Positions 9,829 to 19,608 of a DNA stretch of 64,000 nucleotides are shown here, piece by piece. A program made the position numbers and the translations under genes. Positions within the stretch are counted from its first letter, which is position 1; each line of letters opens with the position of its first letter. Source of the stretch: a virus; the IMG/VR virus record IMGVR_UViG_3300027974_000021, one strand, 5' to 3'. The notes below the pieces were generated by a model, which saw only the letters and a program-made list of their open reading frames with translations, was not told the DNA's origin and searched no databases.

Positions 9829-10598
9829 TGGCAAATCTAGTAGTAGATAATCTTATCGCTTTAAGAATTTTATATTTGCTTGTCACACCTTTCGTGAAGA
9901 CAAAAGCATATGAATATGGAATTATTGATGATAAAGGTAATTATCTTAAAAAATATTCAGAATTAAAAACTTCAGCAGAACGTGAATCATTTTCATATTT
10001 GCATCGACTAGTTTTTAAATTAAAAATGTTATTAGCGAAACTTCCTGGAGGAGATAATCGTCTTAAATCTCTAGTTGCAGCATTATACTTAATCAAAGAA
10101 TTTTATATTAAAAAAGAATCACTATATCTAGTTGAATCAAGATATAATGAATTATTATCATCTAATGAGTCAATGAGTTTAGATGAACAAGAAGTAAAAG
10201 ATTTTTTAAGAGATTTATATTTAACAGAAGAAGTACAAGAAGATATAGCAAATGTCACAGGTGCTGGTGTAAGTACAGATGCCCCAGTTGTTTCACAAAA
10301 AGCTGCAAGACGTTATGCTATGTTTAATGTTAAAGATTCTATATATGGTAAATTTAAAAATGGTAAAACTAAATGGACTCGTTGGTCTGAATATTTAAAT
10401 TTAGAAGATGAAGGAGAAAGTTTAATTTATAATTTTGCTCGTAAAAATCCTAAAGGAATTATAGTTTTAAAAAATGGTGATAAAATGAAAGCAATACGTT
10501 TTAATCGCTATGGTGGTGGATCTTGGTCTTCTATTAAAAGAAATAAAGAATCTAAAGAACAAGAAATAGCAAATATAGTAGCAACAGAATTAAATTAA
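9828..10598 (+). CDS. Conserved T4-like hypothetical protein
   Basis: RILYLLVTPF...AYEYGIIDDKGN...HRLVFKLK motif. Confidence 0.65.
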   Translation: MANLVVDNLIALRILYLLVTPFVKTKAYEYGIIDDKGNYLKKYSELKTSAERESFSYLHRLVFKLKMLLAKLPGGDNRLKSLVAALYLIKEFYIKKESLYLVESRYNELLSSNESMSLDEQEVKDFLRDLYLTEEVQEDIANVTGAGVSTDAPVVSQKAARRYAMFNVKDSIYGKFKNGKTKWTRWSEYLNLEDEGESLIYNFARKNPKGIIVLKNGDKMKAIRFNRYGGGSWSSIKRNKESKEQEIANIVATELN

Positions 10599-10601
10599 TT
10601 T

Positions 10602-11264
10602 ATGTTTGAATTTTTAAGTATAAAATCATTAAGTAGTTTTTTCACATTATCAACATTATTTACATTAATACCTGATTTTGTGTTTCATGCAATATTTCTT
10701 ACAGGTCTAGTAGGGTTTATAATTACATCTATTCCTTTTATACCAATCCCACTTAAATTTTTCTATCGTATAATGTTTTTAATTGTATTAATATTAGGAA
10801 CATGGTTAGAAGGATTAAATTATGCGAATAGTTCTTCTGCTACTAAAAAAGCATTAAATGAAAGTAAAAATAAAATAAAAACATACGAAAAACAAATAAA
10901 AGATTTGTCTGAAGCTTCAGATAAAAATTTAGAGAGAATAGTTAAAAAAATAAATGAAAGAGGTGAAAATGTCCATGCAAAAGTATCAAAGATTATCCCT
11001 GACAATCTTAATAGGCAGTGTGCTCTTCCTTATGATGTCAAATTGCTCCATAATGAAGCCATCACAGGTATCCCCGAAATACCCAATGCCACCAGAGGTG
11101 TTGATGGAAAGTCCAAAACAAATGAAAACAATAAAGTAGAATTAATAACGTTATTAGAAACAACTGTTGATAATTATACAGAATGTAATATAGTACGTGA
11201 AAAATTAATTGCTTTACAAAATTGGGTAAAAGAAGCAGAAAGACTACAAAAAAATGTCAGATAA
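10602..11264 (+). CDS. Inner-membrane spanin (Rz-like)
   Basis: N-terminal TMs, periplasmic coiled coil, CxLPxxxxxLHNxA and TVxNYxxC...LxALQxW motifs; carries an embedded lipoprotein ORF. Confidence 0.6.
   Translation: MFEFLSIKSLSSFFTLSTLFTLIPDFVFHAIFLTGLVGFIITSIPFIPIPLKFFYRIMFLIVLILGTWLEGLNYANSSSATKKALNESKNKIKTYEKQIKDLSEASDKNLERIVKKINERGENVHAKVSKIIPDNLNRQCALPYDVKLLHNEAITGIPEIPNATRGVDGKSKTNENNKVELITLLETTVDNYTECNIVREKLIALQNWVKEAERLQKNVR
10975..11139 (+). CDS. Outer-membrane spanin (Rz1-like lipoprotein) embedded in +1 frame
   Basis: GAGGTG SD 9 nt before the ATG at 10975; hydrophobic signal, lipobox-like MSN-C, Pro-rich mature part (PKYPMPPEVLMESP). Confidence 0.6.
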   Translation: MQKYQRLSLTILIGSVLFLMMSNCSIMKPSQVSPKYPMPPEVLMESPKQMKTIK

Positions 11265-11703
11265 CTATGAAAATGGTAATGGTAATGGTAATGGAAATGG
11301 AAACACTAAGTCACGTTTCGTTAAATTAACATCTGATATCGAATTACTTAAAACATTATTAGGCAAACTTGATAGAAATGTAGATAAATTAGCAGATGCT
11401 TCATTAGAAGTAAGTAAGTTAATTTCTCAACATGAAGTAAGAATTGAAAATAATGAACAAAAGAGTGAGCATTTAAATAGCGAAATACACGATTTAAATA
11501 TGCGTATAATGGATGTGCATAAAGAAATTAAAGAAGTAAGCTACCATTTATCAAATACAAGTTCAACCAATATTGAGAAATTATCAAATAAAGTACATAA
11601 TATTGAACGTTGGAAATGGTATGCTGGTGGTGCTATTTTAGCTATTGCTATGGGTATGGAATATAAGAGTTTAGCCCAAATATTGTTAAAATTGTTTAGT
11701 TAA
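11254..11703 (+). CDS. Coiled-coil protein with C-terminal TM; (NG)n repeat near N-terminus
   Basis: Heptads, then ERWKWYAGGAILAIA; (AATGGT)n microsatellite at about 11272-11300. Confidence 0.55.
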   Translation: MSDNYENGNGNGNGNGNTKSRFVKLTSDIELLKTLLGKLDRNVDKLADASLEVSKLISQHEVRIENNEQKSEHLNSEIHDLNMRIMDVHKEIKEVSYHLSNTSSTNIEKLSNKVHNIERWKWYAGGAILAIAMGMEYKSLAQILLKLFS

Positions 11704-11708
11704 AACAC

Positions 11709-11737
11709 TTTACATACAAGTTAAAATATAGTATAAT
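11709..11737 (+). promoter_or_regulatory. Sigma70-like early/middle promoter
   Basis: TTTACA-N17-TATAAT upstream of primase. Confidence 0.75.
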
Positions 11738-11747
11738 ATACGTTATT

Positions 11748-12776
11748 ATGTTGTTTATTGACATCAAATACATTGATTTAGTATCTCCAAAATTGAGAAA
11801 CTTTAAAAAGAAAAATACTTATCTTTGGAATTTCAGTTGTCCAATATGTAAAGATTCTAAACGTAGTATATTAAAGGCAAGAGGTTTTATTTACAAGATT
11901 AAAAATAATTTAAACTTCAAATGTCATAATTGTAGTGCTAGTATGGGGTTTAGTAATTTTTTAAAATTTATTGATCCTAAATTAGAAAGTGAATATAATG
12001 TTGAAAAATATAAAAGTAATTCTAAAGTTGGAGTCTCTAAAGAACCGATTAAAGACTTCTTTGACCAATTTAAACCAGAGAATAAGAAAGAAACTATTTC
12101 TGGTCTTCTTAATGCTGAGTGTGTCACCACTCTACAAAATGAACATCCTGTTCGTAAGTACTTATCAAAACGTAAAATACCAACTGAATACCTTGCATCT
12201 TTATATTGGGTTAATACATTTAAAAAATGGGTTAATGACAATGTTGCACCGAAGTTTGCTTCGATTGAAGAAGATCATCCAAGGTTAGTAATACCATTTT
12301 ACGATAAGAAAAAGAATTTACTTGCAATACAAGGACGTACTTTAGGAAAAGAATTACCAAAGTATTATACAATTAAGACAAACGAGAAGAACGAAAAGAT
12401 ATTTGGTTTAGAAAAGTTAGATGAGAATAAGACTATATATGCTGTTGAAGGACCGATTGATAGTATGTTCTTACCTAATGCTGTTGCTGTTGCAGGTACT
12501 TCTTTTGAAATAAAAAGACTTTTAAAAAATAAAGAACGTGTAATAGTAATAATAGATAATGAACCAAGAAATGTTGAAATTTGTAAATCGATATATAAGT
12601 GTATAAACTTAGGATATGGAGTGTGTTTGCTTCCTTCAAATATATCTGGTAAAGATATAAATGAAATAGTTTTAAAACAACCTAAGATAAATATAGTAAA
12701 TTTAATTAATGAAAATACGTATCGTGGACTAGAAGCAGAACTTGCTTTTAATAAATGGGTACGTTGTAAAATATAG
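11748..12776 (+). CDS. gp61: DNA primase (T4 gp61)
   Basis: Zn finger CPICKDS...CHNC; TOPRIM motifs VEGPIDSMF, DNEPRN, KDINE. Confidence 0.95.
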   Translation: MLFIDIKYIDLVSPKLRNFKKKNTYLWNFSCPICKDSKRSILKARGFIYKIKNNLNFKCHNCSASMGFSNFLKFIDPKLESEYNVEKYKSNSKVGVSKEPIKDFFDQFKPENKKETISGLLNAECVTTLQNEHPVRKYLSKRKIPTEYLASLYWVNTFKKWVNDNVAPKFASIEEDHPRLVIPFYDKKKNLLAIQGRTLGKELPKYYTIKTNEKNEKIFGLEKLDENKTIYAVEGPIDSMFLPNAVAVAGTSFEIKRLLKNKERVIVIIDNEPRNVEICKSIYKCINLGYGVCLLPSNISGKDINEIVLKQPKINIVNLINENTYRGLEAELAFNKWVRCKI

Positions 12777-12784
12777 AGGAAAAT

Positions 12785-13159
12785 ATGAGCGACGATAATA
12801 ATACGATTGACATAACTAAGATACAAGAACAACAAAGACGTATAGAGCATGAGCAAAATGTTCTTCTTCAACCTCTTTGGAGATCTGTTATGAATATTAA
12901 AACACCAAGACAAGCTATATCTTGTGCTTCAGCAATGATTGTTGCTGGTAAAGATTTATTAGTTTTAGAATTGGGTGCTGATGTCGCTAAAAACTTTATT
13001 GATAATTTAAATTATAATACTCTTGATCTAGTGACGAGTAAACAAGAAGAAATACAGAATGAATTAGATAAGATAGCAAAAGAAGCTATTTCACCAACAG
13101 TTGTGAAAGCTGATTTTACAAAGAAAAAAGAAAAGGAAAAAGAAAATGACAAACAATAA
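12785..13159 (+). CDS. Hypothetical protein
   Basis: ORF track; SD GAGG. Confidence 0.55.
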   Translation: MSDDNNTIDITKIQEQQRRIEHEQNVLLQPLWRSVMNIKTPRQAISCASAMIVAGKDLLVLELGADVAKNFIDNLNYNTLDLVTSKQEEIQNELDKIAKEAISPTVVKADFTKKKEKEKENDKQ

Positions 13160-13346
13160 ATTCGATAGAACGATGGCAATATATTCTGCTAATCAAGAAA
13201 TCGAAAAGAAAGAAAAAGCTTTATTAAGAGCAAGAAAAGAAGTTGCAATAAATGCAAATGGAACTTCTGGATATTCTATTAAAGAAGGAAAGAATGCTGG
13301 TAAAGTGGTAGGTCATCTTAAAAAAGATAAAAATATTATTGAATAG
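13146..13346 (+). CDS. Hypothetical protein
   Basis: ORF track; overlaps the upstream gene. Confidence 0.5.
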   Translation: MTNNKFDRTMAIYSANQEIEKKEKALLRARKEVAINANGTSGYSIKEGKNAGKVVGHLKKDKNIIE

Positions 13347-13350
13347 TTAA

Positions 13351-13560
13351 ATGTTGAATTGGTTATTCTATACCATTCCTGAAAAGAAAAGAATACATTA
13401 TGGTATTTGTCTATGGCTTGTTATGTGGATTATACCTGAATATTTACTTAAAGTGCATTTTACAATAGTAATGCAATTTATAAATTTTATAACATATGAT
13501 ATACTATATTTTAATATGTTAAAAGCTGAAGCAAAATTTAAAGATGACGAAGAAAAATAA
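13351..13560 (+). CDS. Small membrane protein
   Basis: Two hydrophobic segments. Confidence 0.5.
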   Translation: MLNWLFYTIPEKKRIHYGICLWLVMWIIPEYLLKVHFTIVMQFINFITYDILYFNMLKAEAKFKDDEEK

Positions 13561-13568
13561 ACAAGTAC

Positions 13569-14129
13569 ATGATTAATAAAACTCTCTTACAAATTGATAA
13601 TAGACAATTAACTATATTTGATGATGTTTATTCAGCAGCAGACAGAGAAAGACTTTATCATTTTTGTTCAACTAGGCATTTCACTACAGATGGAAGTGAT
13701 ACAGCAAGATTAGAATATAAAGGCGATTTTAATTTATACTGTAATCTACTCGCAGGCAATCAATTACAACAATCAAATTTTCTTAACTTAGAAGGAACTA
13801 AAGAAATACTTTCTATGTTAGATGGGTACGAGATTATTCAAGCAAGAGTTAATCTAAGTACACTTCACGATAAGAATCGTTTTCACTGCGATGCTGCAGG
13901 ATCAAACGATGTAAGAACTATATTATACTATCCTAATATGACATGGAATATTGAGTGGGGTGGTTATACTATGTTTACAAATCAGAACATGAGTAAATTA
14001 GAATATTGTTCTTTTTATATTCCAGGAAGAGTAATACTTTTCGATGGCACAATACCACATTGCATTTCATCACCAAGCCCATCGGCTCCCACTTACAGAT
14101 TCAGTTTCGTAATTCAATACTACAAATAA
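13569..14129 (+). CDS. 2OG-Fe(II) oxygenase (prolyl-4-hydroxylase-like)
   Basis: HxD (FHCD), TILYYPN..W...WGG.T, PGRVILFDG.IPH and RFS motifs. Confidence 0.85.
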   Translation: MINKTLLQIDNRQLTIFDDVYSAADRERLYHFCSTRHFTTDGSDTARLEYKGDFNLYCNLLAGNQLQQSNFLNLEGTKEILSMLDGYEIIQARVNLSTLHDKNRFHCDAAGSNDVRTILYYPNMTWNIEWGGYTMFTNQNMSKLEYCSFYIPGRVILFDGTIPHCISSPSPSAPTYRFSFVIQYYK

Positions 14130-14135
14130 TAAACT

Positions 14136-15935
14136 ATGACACAAGAACTATATAACGACATACGAGTTGACTACTCTCGAGATTCATTATTCGATGAAAT
14201 AGGCAAAATTCGTATGAAAGAGTCCTACATGAAGGACGATGAAACATCTCCACAACAAAGATTTGCTTTCGTAAGTAAAACATTTTCTTCAAATAAAGAA
14301 CATGCCCAGAGACTTTATGATTATGCTTCGAAACATTGGCTATCATATTCTACTCCTATTCTTTCATTTGGAAGAAGTAAAAAAGGATTACCGATTTCTT
14401 GTTTTCTAAATTATATAGAAGACACAGCTGAAGGATTAGTTAAAAATCTTTCAGAAACTAACTGGCTATCTATGGTTGGGGGTGGAGTTGGTATAGGATT
14501 TGGTATAAGATCAGCTGATGATAAATCAACAGGTGTATTGCCACATTTAAAAATATACGATGCAGCAACACTCGCATACAGACAAGGACGCACACGAAGA
14601 GGATCGTATGCTGCTTATCTTGATATATCTCATCCTGATATAATTGAATTCTTAGAAATAAGAAAGCCGACAGGAGATCCAAATGTTCGTTGTTTAAATA
14701 TGCATCATGGTATTAATATACCACATGAGTTCATGGAACTTATTGAAAAATGTATGTTAGATACTGAAGCAGATGATAAATGGGCTTTACGTGATCCACA
14801 TACACAAGAAGTTAAATCTTATATAAGTGCAAGAGATTTATGGCAACGTGTATTAGAAATGCGTATGATGACTGGAGAACCATATCTTCATTTTATCGAT
14901 ACATCAAACGAACATCTTCCAGCATTTCTTAAATCAAAAAATTTAAAAATTCATCAATCAAATCTTTGTTCTGAGATTATACTTCCAACCAGTGTCGAAA
15001 GAACTGCTGTGTGTTGTTTATCATCAGTCAACTTAGAATACTTTGATGAATGGAAGAAAGACGATCAGTTTTTAGCAGATATAGCAGAGATGTTAGATAA
15101 TGTTCTTACATATTTTATAACTCACGCTCCGAATGCTATATCTAGAGCAAAATACTCAGCTGAAAGAGAAAGAAGTATCGGAGTTGGTGCACTCGGTTTT
15201 CATGCTTACCTACAAAGCAAAAATATTCCATGGGAGTCTGCAATGGCAGTATCTGCCAATACTCGAATGTTCATGCATATTAGAAATCAATTAGATAAAG
15301 CGAACATTAAACTTGGAAAAGAAAGAGGTGAAGCACCAGATGCAGTTGGAACAGGGCAGAGATTTTCTCATGTAATGGCAATAGCACCTAATGCTTCATC
15401 TTCTATCTTAATGGGAAATACTTCACCATCAATTGAACCATTTAGAGCAAACGTTTATAGACAAGATACCCTTTCTGGTGCGTCTATAAATAAAAATAAA
15501 CACTTAGATAAATTAATTAAAAAAGCTTGTGAAAAAAATAGTAAGCTTGATTATAATGAAATTTGGTCGAGTATTATAATGAATGATGGTTCGGTTCAAC
15601 ACTTAGATATATTAAAAGAAAACGATAAAGATACTTTTAAAACAGCTATGGAAATAGATCAACGTTGGGTTGTAGAACACGCAGCAATACGTCAAGAGTT
15701 TATTGACCAAGCACAATCAGTTAATTTATTCTTTAGACCAGATACAGATATTAAATATTTACATGCTTGTCACTTTATGGCTTGGAAAAAAGGTTTAAAG
15801 ACTTTATACTATTGTCGTAGTGAGAAAATTGGTAAAGCTGATAAAGTTGCTAAGAAAATTGAACGAAGAATCATAGAAGAAATTAAAATAAAAGACTTAA
15901 CAAATGAGGATACATGTTTAGCTTGCGAGGGTTAA
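14136..15935 (+). CDS. nrdA: Ribonucleotide reductase class Ia alpha subunit (no ATP cone)
   Basis: PISCF, SNLCSEI, APNASSS, TLYY and C-terminal CLACEG motifs. Confidence 0.95.
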   Translation: MTQELYNDIRVDYSRDSLFDEIGKIRMKESYMKDDETSPQQRFAFVSKTFSSNKEHAQRLYDYASKHWLSYSTPILSFGRSKKGLPISCFLNYIEDTAEGLVKNLSETNWLSMVGGGVGIGFGIRSADDKSTGVLPHLKIYDAATLAYRQGRTRRGSYAAYLDISHPDIIEFLEIRKPTGDPNVRCLNMHHGINIPHEFMELIEKCMLDTEADDKWALRDPHTQEVKSYISARDLWQRVLEMRMMTGEPYLHFIDTSNEHLPAFLKSKNLKIHQSNLCSEIILPTSVERTAVCCLSSVNLEYFDEWKKDDQFLADIAEMLDNVLTYFITHAPNAISRAKYSAERERSIGVGALGFHAYLQSKNIPWESAMAVSANTRMFMHIRNQLDKANIKLGKERGEAPDAVGTGQRFSHVMAIAPNASSSILMGNTSPSIEPFRANVYRQDTLSGASINKNKHLDKLIKKACEKNSKLDYNEIWSSIIMNDGSVQHLDILKENDKDTFKTAMEIDQRWVVEHAAIRQEFIDQAQSVNLFFRPDTDIKYLHACHFMAWKKGLKTLYYCRSEKIGKADKVAKKIERRIIEEIKIKDLTNEDTCLACEG

Positions 15936-16336
15936 GAATATGGAGTGTTTTACTCCTTTTAACAGTATTAACATCTTGCATTCCTGCAGCAATACTTACA
16001 GTTAAGAAGTTATTACCATCAGCATATGATGATAATGAAATGTTAATGATTTCAAATCTAAGATATGATGTACGACAAGTACAATGCACTGGTGACAAAT
16101 CACACGAAACCATAGTAAAAATATGGGAAGGGAAAGAAAAACTGTATTACTATTCATCAGCAAAAGAAAATGAAGATGTTTTAAAAATGGTAAGACCATT
16201 TTCTGAAAGTATGAGAGGTCTTTATGACTCTTCAAAATCAGGTTCAATGAAAGAACTTTACTGTATTGAAAAAGTAATTAATTTAACAAAACAAGTGGAT
16301 ATTATAGCAAATGCACTTGCAGCGAGGAACAAATAA
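15914..16336 (+). CDS. Putative lipoprotein
   Basis: Signal peptide with lipobox LTSC. Confidence 0.55.
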   Translation: MFSLRGLRIWSVLLLLTVLTSCIPAAILTVKKLLPSAYDDNEMLMISNLRYDVRQVQCTGDKSHETIVKIWEGKEKLYYYSSAKENEDVLKMVRPFSESMRGLYDSSKSGSMKELYCIEKVINLTKQVDIIANALAARNK

Positions 16337-16587
16337 TGACTATAAATGAAGCAATACAAGAAATGCAAGCATTAACACAATCTGATAATGCATGGTTAAG
16401 AGAAAAAGCAACTAAAGTAATAAGATATAATCATCAACATGACTCAGGACAACTATCAACAGCTGAATATACAGATCTATTAAATGATTTGGCTCGTATT
16501 GAAGAAATACAAGAAGAAGCTGATACAATGAAATACAAAGCAGCAATTGAAAAAATAATTACGACTACATTTTCATTACTTAGTTAA
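16336..16587 (+). CDS. Hypothetical helical protein
   Basis: ORF track; TAATG coupling to the upstream gene. Confidence 0.55.
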   Translation: MTINEAIQEMQALTQSDNAWLREKATKVIRYNHQHDSGQLSTAEYTDLLNDLARIEEIQEEADTMKYKAAIEKIITTTFSLLS

Positions 16588-16591
16588 TATT

Positions 16592-17290
16592 ATGTTCATA
16601 TTTAAAAATATAGATAATTGGATTACTGACGAAGAACGTTTAAATATAAAAAATAAAGTTGAAGATTTAAAATCTGATTGGAAACATATAAAAGATTTTC
16701 CTTTAGCAAAGTCTGCTAAACTTTTAGCAGCACAAGATCCTGAACTTTATAAGTCAGCTGAAAATCAATATTTTTTAGGTGATGCTACATATGTATTAGA
16801 AAATCTAGATCAAAGAAATAAATTTTTATCAGAAAACTTAAATGTTTCATTCTTTGATTTGTATGGAAAAATAATTAGTACAATTAAAGATATAACAGGA
16901 TTGCCTACTTCTTACTTGTCTGAATATCCACGTCCTGGATTTCATATATTTCGAGGTAAGCAAACACCACATCCTTTTGAATATCATATAGATACTACAA
17001 TATGCAGATATGATACTAATTATAAACCAGAACAATGTTATTCTTTTTTATCTTTAATTGAATCACCAAGCAGTGATCCTGCTGGTTTAGAGTATAAAGA
17101 TACAAATGATTTTGATGCTTTAAGAGATTATCCTGAAAAAGTAAAGCTATATAACTTAAATACTTTTTATTATTGGAAAGGTGATCATTTTCATAGGATG
17201 AAAAAGTTTGGTATGAATGACGGAGAAAGTAGAATTACTTTACAAGGTCATTATGTACTTAAAGATAATAGAGCATATATTTACTGGTAA
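16592..17290 (+). CDS. 2OG-Fe(II) oxygenase-like protein
   Basis: PGFHIF, HxD (YHID), distal H (HFHRM) and RITLQGH. Confidence 0.7.
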   Translation: MFIFKNIDNWITDEERLNIKNKVEDLKSDWKHIKDFPLAKSAKLLAAQDPELYKSAENQYFLGDATYVLENLDQRNKFLSENLNVSFFDLYGKIISTIKDITGLPTSYLSEYPRPGFHIFRGKQTPHPFEYHIDTTICRYDTNYKPEQCYSFLSLIESPSSDPAGLEYKDTNDFDALRDYPEKVKLYNLNTFYYWKGDHFHRMKKFGMNDGESRITLQGHYVLKDNRAYIYW

Positions 17291-17294
17291 GATT

Positions 17295-17981
17295 ATGAAA
17301 CGTTTTTCTTTTGCTGAAATACAAAATTTCTTTTCAGAGGGCGAGCGAAACCAAATAGCAAGAAAGGTTTTAGAATTAAAATCACATTGGAAAAAATTAC
17401 ACGACTATAATGTGTATAAAAATAGTCTTGATATGAAATCTGATTATTCTAAAAACCAATATTTACTTGGTGATAGTATATATCCACTTACTCCCAAAGA
17501 TACAAGTGAGATAAATAAAGAAGTTCAAGGAATACTTTTAAAAGAATTTAAAGACCTAATATATAAAAAACTAATTGATAATGTTGGTAAGTGGTTTGAA
17601 GTATTTAATTATAAAGAAACTGAATTTTATCCAAATTTACCAATTCCTGGATTTCATATATTTGACGGAAAACAAACTGCTCAGCCATTTGGATGGCATA
17701 CTGATACGACACTTTGTTTATGGGAAGATAATATAGATCCTAAAAGACTGTTTTCTTTTTTATCTCCTATTATAATGCCAGAAAGAGGAGCACACTTAGA
17801 GTGGTTAATGCCATCAGGAAAAGAAACTATGATACCATATGAGTATGGTACACTTCATATATGGAATGGTTTAGAACAGCATAGAATAGGTCGCCACTCA
17901 TTAGCTAATTTTGAAAAACGAATTACATTACAAGGACATATTTACATTAATCCAAACGGAAAAGTACAACTATTTTTTTAA
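17295..17981 (+). CDS. 2OG-Fe(II) oxygenase-like protein (paralog of 16592..17290)
   Basis: PGFHIF, WHTD, QHRI and RITLQGH; start moved to ATG 17295. Confidence 0.7.
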   Translation: MKRFSFAEIQNFFSEGERNQIARKVLELKSHWKKLHDYNVYKNSLDMKSDYSKNQYLLGDSIYPLTPKDTSEINKEVQGILLKEFKDLIYKKLIDNVGKWFEVFNYKETEFYPNLPIPGFHIFDGKQTAQPFGWHTDTTLCLWEDNIDPKRLFSFLSPIIMPERGAHLEWLMPSGKETMIPYEYGTLHIWNGLEQHRIGRHSLANFEKRITLQGHIYINPNGKVQLFF

Positions 17982-17999
17982 CTTAACACACAGAGGAAC

Positions 18000-19001
18000 A
18001 TGAACGTGCCAAAAACGACAGAAACTCTATCTTTAACAAAAGAAAGAAATTATTTTAAACCATTCAATTATCCATGGGCATATGATGCATGGCTTAAACA
18101 CGAACAATCACATTGGTTGCATACAGAAGTACCAATGTTAGAAGACGTGAAAGATTGGAAAAGTAAATTAACACCATCTCAAAAGAGTTTTCTTACAAAT
18201 ATTTTTAGATTCTTTACACAAGGGGATATTGATGTAGCAGGTGGTTATGTGATGAATTATCTTCCATATTTTCCACAACCTGAAGTAAGAATGATGATGT
18301 GTGGATTCGCAGCACGTGAAGCATTACACATAGCAGCATATTCTCATTTAATTGAAACATTGGGTTTGCCAGAAGCAACTTATAATGAATTTAATAATTA
18401 TAAAGAAATGGCAGCAAAGCATAATTACTTTGTTGACTTAGCATCTAAAACTACAAGCAAAGCAAGTATTGCTACAAGTATAGCAGCATTCTCAGCATTT
18501 ACAGAGGGTATGCAATTGTTTTCATCTTTTATTATGTTGTTAAATTTTCCAAGACATGGTTTGATGAAAGGTATGGGACAAATTGTCACTTGGTCGATAG
18601 TAGATGAAACACAACATTGTGAGAGTATGATAAGATTATTCCGTACATATATAGAAGAAAATAATGAGATATGGAATGATTCTCTTAAAAAGAAAATATA
18701 TGATATCGCTGAAAAGATGGTAGAGTTAGAAGATAACTTTATTGATCTTGCTTTCTCAATGGGCGATATGCAAAATTTAAAAAAAGAAGAGGTGAAAGAA
18801 TATATTCGTTATATTTGTGATCGTAGACTCATATCAATGGGATTACGAGGTATTAATAAAAGAAAAACAAACCCACTTCCTTGGGTAGAGGACATGATAA
18901 ATGCTCCAATACATGGAAACTTTTTTGAAAATCGTATTACTGATTATGCAAAAGGATCTCTAAAAGGTAATTGGGGTGATGTTTGGGGTGCAAAAAAATA
19001 A
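18000..19001 (+). CDS. nrdB: Ribonucleotide reductase class Ia beta subunit
   Basis: FFTQGD, EALHIAAYS, EGMQLFSSF, DETQH and NFFE motifs. Confidence 0.95.
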   Translation: MNVPKTTETLSLTKERNYFKPFNYPWAYDAWLKHEQSHWLHTEVPMLEDVKDWKSKLTPSQKSFLTNIFRFFTQGDIDVAGGYVMNYLPYFPQPEVRMMMCGFAAREALHIAAYSHLIETLGLPEATYNEFNNYKEMAAKHNYFVDLASKTTSKASIATSIAAFSAFTEGMQLFSSFIMLLNFPRHGLMKGMGQIVTWSIVDETQHCESMIRLFRTYIEENNEIWNDSLKKKIYDIAEKMVELEDNFIDLAFSMGDMQNLKKEEVKEYIRYICDRRLISMGLRGINKRKTNPLPWVEDMINAPIHGNFFENRITDYAKGSLKGNWGDVWGAKK

Positions 19002-19177
19002 TGAAAATACAAACAGTTAAATTTCATTGTATGTCTTGTGAAACAGAGGGTAAAATTTCATTTACTACTCAAGATGATACATTGTCTAAAGCAGATGTTG
19101 CTTATTGTCCAATGTGCGCACATGATATAGCTGAAAATAACGATAATGAGTTTGAAGAACAAGAACAAGATGAATAA
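19001..19177 (+). CDS. Small zinc-ribbon protein
   Basis: CMSC...CPMC with acidic tail; ATG overlaps the nrdB stop. Confidence 0.65.
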   Translation: MKIQTVKFHCMSCETEGKISFTTQDDTLSKADVAYCPMCAHDIAENNDNEFEEQEQDE

Positions 19178-19185
19178 ATATAAGT

Positions 19186-19608
19186 ATGACACAATGGTTA
19201 TACGAAAACAAAGAGTTCAATGATCCTTCAAAATATTTCGGATTTATATATTCTATTACAAACCTTTTAAATAATAAAGTTTATATAGGACGAAAATATT
19301 TCACTTCTGCTAAAACGAAACAGCCACTCAAAGGAAGAGTTAATAAAAGACGTTCGAGAGTAGAAAATGATTGGAAAGACTATTGGGGATCTTCATCTAC
19401 GTTTTTAAAAGAAATAGAAGAAACAGGAAAACAAAATTTTAAAAGAGAAATACTTCGACTTTGTAAAACAAGAGGAGAAGTTAATTATTGGGAAGTGAAG
19501 TATATGTTTGAATTTGATGTATTAAATGCAAAACTTCCTAATGGTGAGAACAAATATTATAATGAAAATATAATGATGAAATTTACAAGAAAGAACATAG
19601 GTAAATGA
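19186..19608 (+). CDS. GIY-YIG endonuclease (endonuclease II-like)
   Basis: GFIYSITN...YIGRK, ENDWKDYWGS, FKREIL and YYNENI motifs. Confidence 0.8.
   Translation: MTQWLYENKEFNDPSKYFGFIYSITNLLNNKVYIGRKYFTSAKTKQPLKGRVNKRRSRVENDWKDYWGSSSTFLKEIEETGKQNFKREILRLCKTRGEVNYWEVKYMFEFDVLNAKLPNGENKYYNENIMMKFTRKNIGK

Noticed and set aside
11272-11300. (AATGGT)n repeat as a phase-variation switch
   Set aside because: The 6-bp unit keeps the frame; it only varies an (NG)n linker.
14136-19001. Inteins or introns in nrdA/nrdB
   Set aside because: Protein lengths and motifs are contiguous; no splice-junction motifs seen.
19186-19608. GIY-YIG gene as a mobile homing endonuclease or intron
   Set aside because: Short single-domain protein; the neighbouring nrdA and nrdB reading frames are uninterrupted.
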